Counted from the first letter of the stretch, positions 28,079-47,006 are shown. The stretch: 64,000 nt of DNA from Eledone cirrhosa (GCA_964016885.1 OZ024749.1:29884001-29948000), one strand, 5' to 3'. A program made the numbers and translations. The notes: generated from the letters alone by a model not told the origin.

Positions 28079-28233
28079 GGGGTAACCACAGTAAGTAAGG
28101 TACTCAATACATAGCAGAGTATAAAAGTTTTAATATAGAAGAGCTTCTACAGGACTAGAACTGTTTCATTCGTGAGAAATCATCAGTGCTTCCTGATGAT
28201 TTCTTCCTGTAGAAGCTCTTCTATATTAAAACT
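28079..28233. mobile_element. Family B fold-back (GCTTC/GAAGC helix I variant)
   Basis: Minus-strand CTGATGA-TTTC-TCAC-GAAT-GAAA-CAG..CTG-TA-GAAGC; internally deleted plus copy. Confidence 0.65.
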
Positions 28234-28317
28234 TATATATATTCAAATCAGCAAACAGCGAAAGACGCCTTCCGGACTTGTCCGACAGACAACCTTTTCC
28301 CCCACCCCGGAAAAAAA

Positions 28318-28353
28318 CCCCAGTTGATGGATGTGAATCCGAAATATATAGGG
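28318..28353 (+). ncRNA. Hammerhead-like motif, variant core CAGUUGA-U
   Basis: CCC-CAGTTGA-T-GGAT-GTGA-ATCC-GAAA-TATA-TA-GGG; downstream 28530-28612 resembles pLTR 6990-7071. Confidence 0.5.
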
Positions 28354-28609
28354 ACTATTAAATCTCTCCCAAGGTAACTCTCTCTTGTGTTGTTATTTTT
28401 ATTTTTATCCTTTTACTCTTCCCTCCATTCTACACGTCTCATACATCTTATACACACCACGCATCTCAACGTACACCCACTTACATCTCTCTCTCCACCA
28501 CCGGACCTTGTTACCCGGAGATTTACCCATTTGCATTGTCGAGGCTTCCAAACGACTTATAGATATTTACTTATTGTTCCACAATGCTTCAAGCAAACTT
28601 CAATACTCT

Positions 28610-28698
<89 letters not shown>

Positions 28699-28838
28699 CG
28701 AAGGAAATGTGGTAAGGAACCAGGTGGACCATAACGCACCAAAGTACTCAATACTTAGGGTAGTAGAGTGGGTAATAGGGTAATAGGAACAAGTAAGACC
28801 CCGACGGCTTGAGCTCAGCCGTCGGGGTCTTACTTGTT

Positions 28839-28884
<46 letters not shown>

Positions 28885-29242
28885 TAGCTTTTATAATTCT
28901 TAGTTATTCATATAATTATCTGAGAAGATATATAACCCAAAGATTACTTAAGCATATTTCTTAAATGCTATCTTTCTATTGCAATTATAGAGAACTGATG
29001 ATGTCTAATTACAATTTACAGACATATTCACGCATAATTTAACCCAATTTGTTGATGATTAAACACTTACTTCGTGCTAAAGTTTGCACCAACTACATTT
29101 CTGTCGAGTAGAATTATTAGAATAATTACACCACCAACTTAGAAAGAAGATAACATGTATCTAGGTAACAATATATGTCTTGATTTCTAGAAAGTAACCA
29201 CTAACTGTCTTTAGATTAGTAATAGTAATATTTTTTTGTAAT

Positions 29243-29298
<56 letters not shown>

Positions 29299-29299
29299 C

Positions 29300-29302
29300 A
29301 TT

Positions 29303-29335
<33 letters not shown>

Positions 29336-29475
29336 GTTTAACGTCCATCTTCCAAGCTAGCATTGGTTAGACGGCTTTGTTCCATTTGATGAAGGAATGG
29401 TCGGGAGACCGTGTCTCGCTCGTACGGAAGATTGGCATGTTTTTTTACCGCTGCATGCCCTTCCTAACACCAACT
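29300..29475 (-). mobile_element. Retroposon 3' tail with (GAT)n end
   Basis: GTTAGGAAGGGCAT..CTAACC.ATGCTAGC..GGACGT, also at 35780-35960 (+). Confidence 0.6.
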
Positions 29476-29529
29476 ACATTTAGAGTGTCGACTATATATA
29501 TATATATAGTGGTATATATATATATAGTG

Positions 29530-29615
<86 letters not shown>

Positions 29616-29745
29616 AGATCAAAAGATGGTTAAAGGAGTTCCATATCTTTTGATCTTATATTATGCATACTCCAGTCCCACAAACTGTAGAGTGCTTCTT
29701 ATCCGATATCTGCATTGCTTTATTGTACTACAATAAAACTCACCT

Positions 29746-29796
<51 letters not shown>

Positions 29797-29799
29797 TAA

Positions 29800-29920
29800 A
29801 TTTTATTTTATAGAAGGAGCTTCTACAGGACTAGTACTGTTTCATTCAGATGAAATCTTCAGGATTTCATCTGAATGAAACAGTACTAGTCCTGTAGAAG
29901 CTCCTTCTATAAAATAAAAA
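29800..29920. mobile_element. Family B fold-back; minus arm has core CTGAAGA
   Basis: CTGAAGA-TTTC-ATCT-GAAT-GAAA-CAG-TACTAGTC-CTG-TA-GAAGC. Confidence 0.65.
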
Positions 29921-30035
29921 AATATTACTCTGTCATGTATTGAGTACCTTACTTACTGTGGTTATCCCCGACTCAACCCGGGACCTACGTATATATATAT
30001 ATATATATATATAGTGCTATATATATATATGTATG

Positions 30036-30069
<34 letters not shown>

Positions 30070-30636
30070 ATATATATATATATATATTCGTAGAATAATG
30101 AGAACTCAACGCAACGAAGCTGTTAAAACAGCAAAATGTCGTCGATGACAGCATCGGGTAATATTTACGAGTTATAGAAATCAGCTGCTAGAAGTTTGTT
30201 GGCGAGGTGATAGAAAGAAAGTGATAGAAAGTAAGTGAAAGAGGTTTTAGAAAGAAAGGAAAAAAGTATGAGAATGGACCAGAAAATGTCACACAAACAT
30301 TTACATACATCATTTTCATGATGGCATTTTTTTTTCACAGCACCCTTGTGTTGTGTTTTTCTCCTTAGTCTACGAATTCTAATAAAGTCGCGCTTCAAAT
30401 TAAATATTCGAGATAAATTTGTTTATATATATATTTATATAAGTTTATCACGGTTTCACAGTAAGTAAGGTACTCAATACATAGCAGAGTATAAATATTT
30501 AATATAGAATGGCTTCTACAGGACTATATTAAATATTTATACTCTGCTATGTATTGAGTACCTTACTTACTATGGTTAACCCCGATTGAACCCGGGATAA
30601 ACTTATCTTTTAGCACTTGCTGTGCCGCTCTTAACC

Positions 30637-30691
30637 ATGGTTTACTGATGATTTCTCCCGAATGAAACAGTTCTAGTCCTGTAGAAGCCAT
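30637..30691 (+). ncRNA. Hammerhead motif, family B
   Basis: ATGGTTTa-CTGATGA-TTTC-TCCC-GAAT-GAAA-CAG-ttctagtc-CTG-TA-gAAGCCAT. Confidence 0.7.
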
Positions 30692-30813
30692 ATATATAAC
30701 GAAGGAAGTGTGTTAAGGAACCAGATGGACCATAACGCACCAGAGTACTCAATACTTAGGGTAGTAGAGCGGGTAATAGAAAAATGTTTAACCCCAGGGG
30801 GTTAAACACTTTC

Positions 30814-30973
<160 letters not shown>

Positions 30974-31224
30974 GAAAGGTATAGAAAATATTGTAGCAAA
31001 AAGCCAACAGTATTCCATAATATATAAGTGACTATAGCGTTAAAATCGGAAAAATAGTTAACGTAAGATGTGGGAAATATAATTCAAACTCAACTCAAAA
31101 AGAATCAGGATATAGATTCATCCAACAGAATTTAGTGAAATCCAGGGAAAAATCAATAGAGCATTAACTCATGATAACATAAAGTTTAAAATACTCATCC
31201 TTCAATTTGGAAAACACTTCAAAT

Positions 31225-31304
31225 GCTCTGTATAGTCTTGAAGACTATTTCACGAAAACTTTCATTGGAGATGGTCACGGTTGGAATTCGATCCTCAGCA
31301 GAGC
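31225..31304 (-). ncRNA. Type I hammerhead ribozyme with long helix III
   Basis: GCTCTG-CTGAGGA-T-CGAA..TTCG-T-GAAA-TAGTCTT-c-AAGACTA-TA-CAGAGC. Confidence 0.85.
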
Positions 31305-31612
31305 TCAACTCGATAACCAAAATTTCTCACTGATTAATATGCCAAAAAAGGGAATTAAAAGCAGGCTAGTTCACCATCATGCGTGATTATGAAAATAACA
31401 CGCACATGTGGAAAGACAGGGCTGGTGACGTCAGAATGAAACGAATGTTTGTTTATATATATACATACATGCACACATATATATATGCACGTATCGGTTT
31501 ACTGAACATTTATTATAATGCTCGGTTTGTTTGTAAACAAACACACAGCCCGAATTATGCCGTACAGTGTTTAAGCAACCACGTCACCTTTTTGTTCAAC
31601 ACTGACACAGGA

Positions 31613-31655
31613 ACGATGTACTAGTTTCAAGCTTATTAGCTATCGTCAGCATCGT
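31613..31655 (-). ncRNA. Minimal type I hammerhead ribozyme
   Basis: ACGATG-CTGACGA-T-AGCT-aata-AGCT-T-GAAA-CTAG-TA-CATCGT; GUA site. Confidence 0.9.
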
Positions 31656-31946
31656 ATACCTTCCTGCCAGATGGTTGACCGTCTGAAAGTATATACTTTC
31701 CTTATGCATATTAACGGCTGAGCAGCCTAATTTGCATATCGAGTGAGTTTAGTCGGCCGGGCGCACCGAAAACGATAAATGGAATAGAATGAAACGAAAT
31801 TTCATTTCTCACCCTTAGTAAGGCAGTTACTTAAATGTAAGTATGTATGTATACGTACATACATATATGTATACAGACGTACACTAGTATGTATATATTT
31901 AAGTAACTGCCGTACTAAGAGTGAGAAATGAAATTTCGTTCCATTC

Positions 31947-32049
<103 letters not shown>

Positions 32050-32274
32050 TATTGCTTTTTTAAGCATTTGTACTTATCTGGCAAGTGTGGCTTCAGTTGA
32101 AGCCGTGAATTAACATCAAAGCAATTACAGCTAGGAAGAGTCATTTTCGCCATTAAAAAAAAACTAACAAAAACTGTTTTAACATAACTTCATATTGATC
32201 ATGTAATTCTTGGTCTCAAGACTTTCGTTGTAAGTGATCTCGTTATTGGCACAGTTCCAAACGTCCCCCAAACC

Positions 32275-32306
<32 letters not shown>

Positions 32307-32309
32307 CCT

Positions 32310-32381
<72 letters not shown>

Positions 32382-32463
32382 ATTTCTCTCTCTCTCGCTC
32401 TCCCCCCCTCTCTCTATATATATATACACACACATATATATATATATATATACACACACACAT

Positions 32464-32504
<41 letters not shown>

Positions 32505-32770
32505 TACATGTATATATATGTATATATATATATATATATACACATATATATATATACATATATATACATATATATATATATAAGTAGTTGATGGGACTAG
32601 GATGAGTTTCTATGCTATATACATAGATAGATAGATAGATATAACTATAGATTGGAGAAAGAGGTTGAGAATGTAATTGGCGTCTTATAGACTCTTTATT
32701 AATAACTTTATAACTTTGCAAGTTTGATTTTCAAAAGTTTAGTGAGATGCTATGTGTGGCTATGTCGTGC

Positions 32771-32852
<82 letters not shown>

Positions 32853-33212
32853 AACGAGTAGGACCCCGACGGCTGAGCTCAAGCCGTTTCGACGGCTAAT
32901 TCTGGACTAAGTATTGAGTACTTTGGTGCGTTATGGTCCACCTGATTCCTTACCACATTTCCTTCGTTATCAGAGAACGCCTCTATGCACCACCTAAAAG
33001 AACATTAGTCTACGACCTCTTTTATACCATAAACGTGGTTTTGTCTTTGCGCGTAATTGTTTTTCACCGCTCCTATTAATGACGTATTATTCGTTTTTTT
33101 CCCGTTCTTTGCCAGCGAACGTTACCACGAACCAAAGTATCGTCTTCCTGTCTTCCTCCGGTTGCAACGTTTTTTGAAATATCCAGTTCTGCGTTTACAG
33201 ATTGACTTTGTT

Positions 33213-33263
33213 AGTTTCAGAAGATCCCGTTAAGGGTGAAAGCAGCAATTCTTTGCTTAAACT
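33213..33263 (+). ncRNA. Hammerhead motif, family D (core CAGAAGA)
   Basis: AGTTT-CAGAAGA-T-CCC-gttaa-GGG-T-GAAA-GCA-gcaattctt-TGC-TT-AAACT; within ~300-bp repeat 32995-33285, inverted copy 38285-38575. Confidence 0.7.
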
Positions 33264-33552
33264 TTAATCTGTTATTTTAATAAATATATATATATATATA
33301 TATATATAGTTATACTTGGGGAGGGTCATATTTGTGTAATATTGCCAGAATTAATAACAGAACACACTCACTGTTTGGTTGGTTTTCGCTTTTCGCTTCT
33401 GTGTCTTTTATATCGGTAATCTAATTTATTCGGCCCTCACACAGTGAGTGTGTTCTGTTATTAATTCTGGCAATATTACACAAATATGACCCTCCCCAAG
33501 TATAACAGTATTTGTTTCGACACACGATTTCATATAAAAAACCTCGCAAAAC

Positions 33553-33695
<143 letters not shown>

Positions 33696-33706
33696 CACCA
33701 CATAGC

Positions 33707-33743
<37 letters not shown>

Positions 33744-33914
33744 ATAATAATAAATTTGAAGACTAAAATCCAGAGAGGGCACTGTTATTTTAATAAATTA
33801 ATATATATATATGTATATATGTATATATGTATATATGTGTTTATACGTACATACATATATGTATACAGGCGTACAGTAGTATGTATATATATACATACAT
33901 GCACACATATACAT

Positions 33915-34230
33915 ATGCACGTATCGGTTTACCGAACATTTATTATTATGCTCGGTTTGTTTGTTTGTAAACAAATAAACAGCCCGAATTAGGCCGTACA
34001 GTGTTTAGGCAACCACGTCACCTTTTTGTTCAACACTGACACAGGAACTAGTTTCAAGCTTATTAGCTATCGTCAGCATCGTATACCTTCCTGCCAGATG
34101 GTTGAACGTCTGAAAGTATATACTTTCCATATGCATATTAACGACTGAGTAGCCTAATTTGCATATCGAGTGAGTTCAGTCGGCCGTACTAAGAGTGAGA
34201 AATGAAATTTCGTTTCACTCTATTCCATTT
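33915..34230 (-). mobile_element. Second copy of the 31485-31830 element with a 7-nt deletion at the HHR cleavage site/helix I
   Basis: CAGGAA-CTAGTTTC versus CAGGAACGATGTACTAGTTTC. Confidence 0.8.
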
Positions 34231-34246
34231 ATATATGTATATACAT

Positions 34247-34293
<47 letters not shown>

Positions 34294-34491
34294 AGAAAAA
34301 CCACAGACCCTCCATCTCAACTCTACTTTTGAAAAGCAGAAGAACTGCGAAACCGGTAGAGGAACCAAATAAATATATATATTTAAAAAAAAATAAGACT
34401 CCAGTTGCATTTTCGATTTCCTCTTTTTTTCTTTATACTTTCACTCGTGTAGGTCACCTCGGTTATTTTTCATTTTGTAAAAAAACCTCAC

Positions 34492-34579
<88 letters not shown>

Positions 34580-34817
34580 ATATATATATATATATAGTTC
34601 TTTCAATCAGGTGCTCTAGGACTGTGTCAGATAGTGCAGTTAAAAGTTTGATAGAAAAAATGAATGATAATCAAAAAGGAAAGTTAAGAATTTTTACCAA
34701 ATTTCTTTTCATATTCGGATTCTGCTTTTCAGCCTTTAGGCTATATTTCTTGCGTTCATATGAAATTTCACTGATGTAGAAAAGAAATAAGAAAACAATA
34801 ATAACAACAACATTAAT

Positions 34818-35015
34818 ACTGGTTTCTGATTTAAGCACAAGGCCAGCAATTTTAGTGGAGAGTAAAGTCGATTAAATTGATCCCAGTGTATTACTGGTAC
34901 TTTATTTTTCCGACCTCGTCTGGATGAAAAGCAAGGCTAACCTCGTCGGGATTTGCACCCATAACGTAAAGGGCCGTAACTCTATATCATAAGGCATGTT
35001 GTCTGACGTTCTACA
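34818..35015 (-). mobile_element. Diverged tRNA-derived SINE
   Basis: Core match to other copies. Confidence 0.7.
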
Positions 35016-35481
35016 GATAATAATATCTCTCTATCTCTCTCGCTCTTTCACCCTAGCGTTTTCCCTCTCTCTGCCAGTCTCTCCCTCTATCACCCTCCCT
35101 CTGAAATTCTCTCTCCCCTTTCTCTCACTCACTCAGTCTGAATAAAAGATGGCGTAGACATACAACACAACAGGAGGAAAAAATATAACACCACTGACGA
35201 TGTTGCAGATGTGCAACGAAAGATTTATGTAAATTATGTAAACTATATATATGTGTTTGTGTCTATATTGTATCTGTATTATTTTTGACCGTCGGTCAGT
35301 TAATGGCAACATTGAGGACCGATTAAGTTAGATCGCAGATATAAAAGACAGCGAGAAGCGAAAACCAACCAAACAGTGAGTGTGTTCTGTTATTAATTCT
35401 GGCAATATTACACAAATATGACCCTCCCCAAGTATAACAATATTTGTTTCGACACACGATTTCATATAAAAAACCTCGCTA

Positions 35482-35529
<48 letters not shown>

Positions 35530-36439
35530 ATGCACACAGATAGACATATATATATATATATATATATATATACACCTCTCAAAGGCGATGACACACGACC
35601 GTGACCTCTGGCGTCACGCAGTAATACAGAGTACCCGACCTCCCATGGGTACAAGCTGAAGCATATAGACAATATGCCCCACACCCCCCACTGCAAGGTG
35701 GTCATGGAGGTGCCATGGCAAAAAAACACCAAACCCACACTGTAAAGTGGACGTGTAGGCACCATGGAAAAAAGCACCCACAACTCACTGTAAATGAGTT
35801 GGTGTTAGGAAGGGCATCCAGCTGTAGAAATCAAGCCAAATCAGTTCCTGTATGAGCAAGGCATGGTCAGCCGACCAGACACTGCCCACAACAGGACAAC
35901 CCGTCTAACCCATGCTAGCGTGAAAGAACGGACGTAAAAGGGTGATGATGATGATGATGATATATATATATATATATATATAGGTGTGTGTGTGTCTGTG
36001 TGCATATATATATATGTTGTTTTTTAAAAATATATTTCACATTATATTTGATGCCAAAGTCCCATTTCTAGAAGTGAACAACCTATTTGGAAAATGTTTT
36101 AAAAACACCAAAATAAATAAATAAATAAATAAATATATAAAGTTATCCATGATATAAAACTCGTAATAAAATAAATCCAACGAAATATATATGTAAAATA
36201 ATATGATATAAAATAAGAAAAAAGTAAAAACCAGACATCGTTACTATTAGAGAAAGAGAGGAGGGTGAGAGAGACAGAGAGATAGAGATAGTGTGGGAGA
36301 GAGAAAGGGAAAAAGGGAGTGAGAGAGAGTGATAAAGAGTGATAGGGAGAGATGAAGACAGAGAGAAGGAGCCAGACAGACAGCAAGAGAGAGATAAAGG
36401 GGGAGAGATAGACAGAGTGAAAAAGAGAGAGATATACAT

Positions 36440-36522
<83 letters not shown>

Positions 36523-37477
36523 GATCGATAGAGGGAGGCAGAGAGACAGAGTGAGAGAAAGTGGGAGATAGAGATATATAGAGAGAGAGATAGAGATATA
36601 TAGAGAGAGATTGAGAGATAGAGAGGGACTGACAGAGGGAGGGAGATAGGTAGCTATGGAGAGATAGAGATAGATAGATAGAGAGACAGAGAGATAGAGA
36701 GATAGAGAGAGAGAGAGAGGAACTTGCGAGTGAGGTTAATATTATTTTGTAAATTAGACCAACAACCAACGAGAACAAACGCCATTTTGTTTTGTTTTTT
36801 CTCTTCACGAAGCAGATCTATATCTAACTTACACAACTAGAAAGGAATATACATCAATTAATTGATATAGAAAAAACAACAAAATATAAACAAAAATAAA
36901 CAAAATATAATATAAAAAATAAAAAATAAGACAAAAAAAATAATGTAAAAATCAATACAGAAATATATACGAGAATAAAATAGACATAAATATAATGTAA
37001 TATATATATATAAAGTATATATAAATCATATATATATAATATATATAAATATATATATAAAATATATATAAACATGTATAAAATATATATAAAATATGTT
37101 AACGTTCAATAAATTAGAATCAGTTGGAAAAAAGGACCCAATGTGGAAATCTTGTTGATGTGTGTGTATGTGTGTGTATGTGTGTGTGTGTGTAGTCTAC
37201 AATACAGATAATAGTTGAATAATTACAGATAAAGTACCATTGAAGACGGAAAGGTGTAAACTGAGAAGCTTAATGTTAATCGTACCATACATCCCCCTTA
37301 CTTGGGGCGAGAGCGTTTTACTATTACACCAACAGGTCCCAAATTCCACACAGAATGCATTGATCAACCCCCAAGGTATAGTCCATGACATTAGTTACAG
37401 ATGTCTAGAATTGGAACAGAACTCAAATTCACGTGATTGAAAAGTATAGTTTAACAACAAAAGAGTGTGCCGCTTTA

Positions 37478-37892
37478 GTGTGTGGTCTACCTGGTGATTT
37501 CCAGTTCAGTGTGTGGTCTACCTAGTCATTTTCAGTTCAGTGTGGTCTACATGGTCATCTACAGTCCAGTATATGGTCTACCTAGTGATGTTCAGTTCAG
37601 TGTGTGGTCTACCTAGTCATTTTCAGTTCAGTATGGTCAACCTGGTCATCTACAGTCCAGTATATGGTCTAGGTCTACCTAGTGATGTACAGTTCAGTGT
37701 GTGGTCTACCTGGTCATTTTCAGTTTAGTGTGGTCTACCTGGTCATTTTCAGTCCAGTGTATGGTCTAGCTAGTGATGTACAGTTCAATACGGGGTCTAC
37801 CTGGTCATTTACAGTTCGGTGTGGTCTACCTGCTCATTTATAGTTTAGTGTGTGCTCTATCCGGTCATTTACAGTTCAGTGTTTGATCTACT
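37478..37892. repeat. ~28-30-bp degenerate minisatellite
   Basis: GTGTGGTCTACCTGGTCATTTTCAGTTCA-like units. Confidence 0.85.
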
Positions 37893-38308
37893 AGAAAAGC
37901 TTAGCTCAGCTACAAAATTTTAGCTCAATTACAAAAGTTTAGCTCAACTACAAAAGCTTAACACACACACACTAACATGAACTGTATCTTTAAAGCAGAT
38001 TACCCAGTGTACACTATAGATACTGCTGTAGACTACAGACTAAAATATTGCTGACTAAATCATTTTTTCATAGCTGTATTAACTTTTCCCCCGCTTCTTT
38101 TGACCGTTAAACTATTAGTCTCACTCTCTAACATATTCAGTCTTTCGTTTGCTTTCCTGATGCCTTCTTCACTATATATATAAATATAAAGCCATGACAA
38201 AATATGTGAAGACTAAATCCCAAAGAGGGCTCGATAGTTCGATAAGGATAAATGTATATCAAATATATAAGAACCCTAGAGCAAATATTTATTAAAATAA
38301 CAAATTAA

Positions 38309-38359
38309 AGTTCAAGCAAAGAATTGCTGCTTTCACCCTTAACGGGATCTTCTGAAACT
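38309..38359 (-). ncRNA. Hammerhead motif, family D
   Basis: AGTTT-CAGAAGA-TCCC-gttaa-GGGT-GAAA-GCA..TGC-TT-GAACT. Confidence 0.65.
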
Positions 38360-38677
38360 AAAAAAAATCAATTTGTGAACGCAGAAGTAAATATTTCGAA
38401 AAATGTTGCAACCGAAGGAAAACAGGAAGACGATACTTTGGTTCGTGAAGACGTTCCCTGGCAATGAACGGAAAAAAGCGAGGATAATACGTCGTTATGT
38501 GGAGCGGTGAGAACAAATACACGCAAAGACAAAACCACGTTTATGGTATAAATAGAGTCATAGACTAATATTCTATTTAGGAAACCGAATAATTTTCGGC
38601 TTCGGAGTTAAGAATAACGTAAATAAATTAGTAGAACGAAAATGACAGGTTATAAATAAATATAAATAAATATATAT

Positions 38678-38862
38678 CTAAAGTCTAAAGTCTGTCTTAA
38701 GCCAGAAGGCTTATTTGGCCGGTGTTTATCCCGGTTTCATGGCGTGAAGCGACTGAGAGTACAAGATTCCCTCCTTGGACCGGACGCCAGTCCATAGCAG
38801 GGTTAAACCCCCAGCTATTGCTGGTACACATTTTCAGCTGAGTATAGTGGAGCAACGTGAAA
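38678..38862 (-). mobile_element. 3' part of SINE family seen at 61955-62225
   Basis: Reverse-complement match including CTTCTGGCTTAAGA.AGACTTTAGACTT tail. Confidence 0.7.
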
Positions 38863-39094
38863 TATATATATAATAAATGGCATAATATAATATATAATAT
38901 ATAATATAATATGATATAATATAATATATATATATATATATTTATTAAAATAACAGATTAAAGTTTAAGCAAAGAATCGCTTATTATTACTATCGAGGTT
39001 GACTTTGCCTTTCATCCTTACGGGGTCAATAAAATAAAGTACCAGTAATGCACTGGGTATTTGCTGGCCTTGTGCCTAAAGTAGAAACAATTAT

Positions 39095-39868
<774 letters not shown>

Positions 39869-39931
39869 AATAATAATAATAATAATAATAATATATTATG
39901 CCATTTATTTATGTTCATACACGGAACAAAA

Positions 39932-40150
39932 GCGTGACCCAAAGTTTCAAATCCCAAATCTGACCATAGCTCCAGAAAACAAGAGTTGTCAAAATAGCAT
40001 CATTTCTTCAGGCGCTAATACGAGTTTATAAGATACTTTTAACGGTATCTTATAAACTCGTACTAGCGCACGAAGAAAGGTCACTGTTTTGATGCCTCTT
40101 GTTTTCTTGAGTTATGGTCAAATTTGAGGTATGGATCCTAGAGTAGCGCC
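39932..40150. mobile_element. Diverged fold-back with degenerate long-helix-II hammerheads
   Basis: Minus: GCGC-CTGAAGA-AAT..ATTT-GAAA-CTTTGGG-TC-ACGC; centre ~40040. Confidence 0.5.
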
Positions 40151-40330
40151 TATATATATATACAAAGAAGATTTCGGAAGCTGAAACGCAGAAAACAACT
40201 GCAATTACAATTGTTTGCTATAACATAGCTTATAAAAATCGTGTTAAGTGCCCTAGAATCGGGAAAATGTTAACAGCACCTGCTACGAAGAACCTAGCTT
40301 CAGCTGTCTCTCTGTATGTCCGTCTGTCTC

Positions 40331-40404
<74 letters not shown>

Positions 40405-40591
40405 TCTTTCTATCACTCGCTCTCTCTCTTTCTCTCTCTCTCTGTATATATATATTTATTTATTATAAAAACAGCTTAAAGTTTAAGCAAATAATCGCTG
40501 CTTTCACCATTAACGGGATCTTCTTAAAGGTGAAAGCAGCGATTCTTTGCTTAAACTTTGATCTGTTCTTATAATAAATATTTGCTCCACG

Positions 40592-40702
<111 letters not shown>

Positions 40703-40741
40703 AGGAGGTTATAGTTCACTTGAAGCATTGTGTAATGAGGT

Positions 40742-41133
40742 ATAAACGTTAGGATATGTGTAATAAGGCCAAGACAATGCAGATATGGACATAGAAAAAA
40801 GAATGCAATAGTGAGAGATATTGATGTGAATTCGTCTTTCACCTTGAATTTATTTAAATGTCCTTAATTTTCGAGATAATATCTCTTCTTCGGAGGGAAG
40901 TAAAGGTCTCAGACCAGCGTCTTTAAATTTCTAATGGAGCCATTAGAAATTTAAAGACGCTGGTCTGAGACCTTTACTTCCCTCCGAAGAAGAGATATCT
41001 CGAAAATTAAGGACATTTAAATAAATTCAAGGTGAAAGACGAATTCACATCAATATCTCTCACTATTGCATTCTTTTTTCTATGTCCATATCTGCATTGT
41101 CTTGGCCTTATTACACATATTCTAACGTTTATA
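40742..41133. mobile_element. ~195-bp-arm palindrome with two hammerhead-like motifs (core CCGAAGA)
   Basis: CCT-CCGAAGA-A-GAGAT-att-ATCTC-GAAA-AT-TA-AGG at 40862-40896 (-) and 40981-41012 (+); centre ~40939. Confidence 0.75.
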
Positions 41134-41149
41134 TATATATAATATCTTA

Positions 41150-44255
<3,106 letters not shown>

Positions 44256-44545
44256 TTAGCTCTGTTTCTTGACCGCTGTATCACGTGATTGACTCCCCCT
44301 CCGCCTTTTCGAGATTCTATCTCGCGCATCACAGACGTGTTTTGAAACCCTTAATAAGGTATTCTCTTGATAAGTCGGCAGACCTCACAAAAACTCTATA
44401 TCTCTATGATGTAGTGTTTTTCCATAATATGCCACGAAACTACGTAGTCGGGGTCTATAGAAGCAGTTTAGGTATGATATATCTTATTACTAATTATATC
44501 TAACGTTTCTTCTCTCTTCATAATGTATATATATATATATATAAG

Positions 44546-44578
<33 letters not shown>

Positions 44579-44756
44579 ATCCTTATCGAGCCGGATTTTA
44601 GTCCTCACATTTATTATTACTATATTTTGAGTATGCTTTATTTTTTTAGAAAAGTGGATGGTGCAGCGCGTCTACCTGAAATGGAGAAAAAAAAACAAAA
44701 AAAAAAACCGTTTTGTAAAAATTGTAAAAAGAACTATACTTGTGCATGTGCGTATG

Positions 44757-44824
<68 letters not shown>

Positions 44825-45214
44825 TGTGTGTGTGTTATTATACGTTCGTACGAAGTTAAGAAGAAATGTGTGTGTGTATATGTAAGTAAAAGAGTGTGTG
44901 CGCGCGTAAGTACGAAGCTATGAGCAAAAGTATGTTAATATAAGGGTGTGTATGTGTGTATACAGAGCTGTAAAGGGAAAAGTGGAGTGTGCATATTTTC
45001 TCGGTCTGTATTAGTTGTAAGAGAATATGTTTATGATCATGAGTGAGCGATAATAATCTGGGGGTAAATGTACAAGCGCGTGTGATAATGGACGGGGTAT
45101 TAAAGAAATTGAGGAAGTCAGTTGAGTCCAAGAGGGGAATAAGACCCAAGGCGGCGAATCAGACTCTGTTCAGTCATGGTGCGCGAGGCCTGTGATGCAT
45201 GATGTAAAAGGACA

Positions 45215-45304
<90 letters not shown>

Positions 45305-45809
45305 CGAAACATTTAAACGTTATTGGTTTGGCAAGACAATATAAGCATATATGTGGTGGTAGGGTGAATGTTCTAAAATAGAGAAACTAAATGCTGAAAT
45401 TTCACAGTTTGTAACTTACATCCAACTGAAAATTCCTTGTTAGTAAATCTATTTCTTCTACTAAATCTAGTTCACACTATACATTTACAGGCTTAGTCAA
45501 CCATATCACGCAATTATTATTATTGTTTTTCATTACTCACAGTTATTCATGGATGTCATATATAAAACACTTCATCTAATGTATCAAATATTTCAGCATC
45601 ATTTCACACCAGACCGACATAGTTTTATAGCCACATTTTTCTCCTATCTTTGATAATGATAAATACACTCTCAATTTTAGATATATTACGCGTAAGTATC
45701 AAATATCATAGACTTCTCTCTTTAAATATTTCTCATGGATTTTTTTTTTGCATTGCTGTACACTTTATAATTTGAACTTAGAGGCAATAATATTTGTTCA
45801 ATTTATCGA

Positions 45810-45878
<69 letters not shown>

Positions 45879-45907
45879 GTATCTCTGTCTGTCTATATAT
45901 CTACCCA

Positions 45908-46027
<120 letters not shown>

Positions 46028-46443
46028 CACGCATACATCATCCTAACCCCAAACACATGATTATGATCAACCTACTCTAACCACTAAATTACGACCTTCA
46101 CTCTATCTTAAATATTAAAAGGTTAATGGATATAATCCATATAAAAATCATGATTTGTGTGTATACAAGAAAACATTACAACGATTATGTATCCTTCAAT
46201 GTCTAATGTAAGCTTTCAAGATTCACGTTTAAGATTTGAAAATAATTATTTGTAAACGAATGCATAGAGAATTTAACCTTTTTTTTATATCAACGCGCCC
46301 CAAGCCAACCCTGGCTCTATGCAGCAAAATCACCTTTTTTTAAAAAAAGGTTCCTATTTAAATTGAAAGTTTTCAACATAGTTTTATATAACGACCATTT
46401 GTAAGGTTCTGTTACAAATAACAACTTGATAATGAAATAATTA

Positions 46444-46563
46444 ATAATTGTTTCTACGTTAGGCACAAGGCCAGCAATTACCCAGTGCATTACTGGTACT
46501 TTATTTTATCGACCCCGTAAGGATGAAAGGCAAAGTTAACCTCGGCGGGATTTGCACTCAGAA
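46444..46563 (-). mobile_element. SINE 3' part
   Basis: Meta-like core. Confidence 0.8.
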
Positions 46564-46811
46564 TCATGGATCTAAGGCGGAGGACGCTGAAAAATATTTC
46601 ACTGAAATATGAAAAAAATCATTTGATATGGGTTTTATAAAATATGATGTAGACATACAATGAAGAGACAAAAAGATAATCTTAATGAAATAATTAATAA
46701 TATTAGCAAATCTCTTCATATTCGTCATGAATTAATTACAATACAGTCTCTCTCATCAGAAATATGGCCATATAAGGTTTCAACCGTGCATGTGTATTCA
46801 CAGATTCTCTA

Positions 46812-47006
46812 TAGACCTGTCAACCTCTAAAAACCCAAACGAGGAGTACCATGAAAAACAGTACCCTAAAACGGGGAGAAATGAGGCAAAACGAGGTGAT
46901 TTTACATAATGAAAGCTATACACATTTTCACAAGAGAAGACATCTCTCACCCATCCAAGAGTGCATGGAAGAACTCCCCGTCGGACCAGGAGAGTTGACA
47001 GGTCTG
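46812..47006. mobile_element. Small TIR element (MITE-like)
   Basis: TIRs AGACCTGTCAAC(C)TCT / AGAGTTGACAGGTCT; no clear TSD. Confidence 0.55.

Noticed and set aside
35191-35232. CTGACGA-T-GTTGCA..TGCAAC-GAAA
   Set aside because: Good helix II but no helix III/I pairing; at best a decayed HHR.
37197-37440. Unique stretch with protein-like reading (IHPPYLGRERF..)
   Set aside because: In-frame stops, no convincing splice sites, no recognised family.
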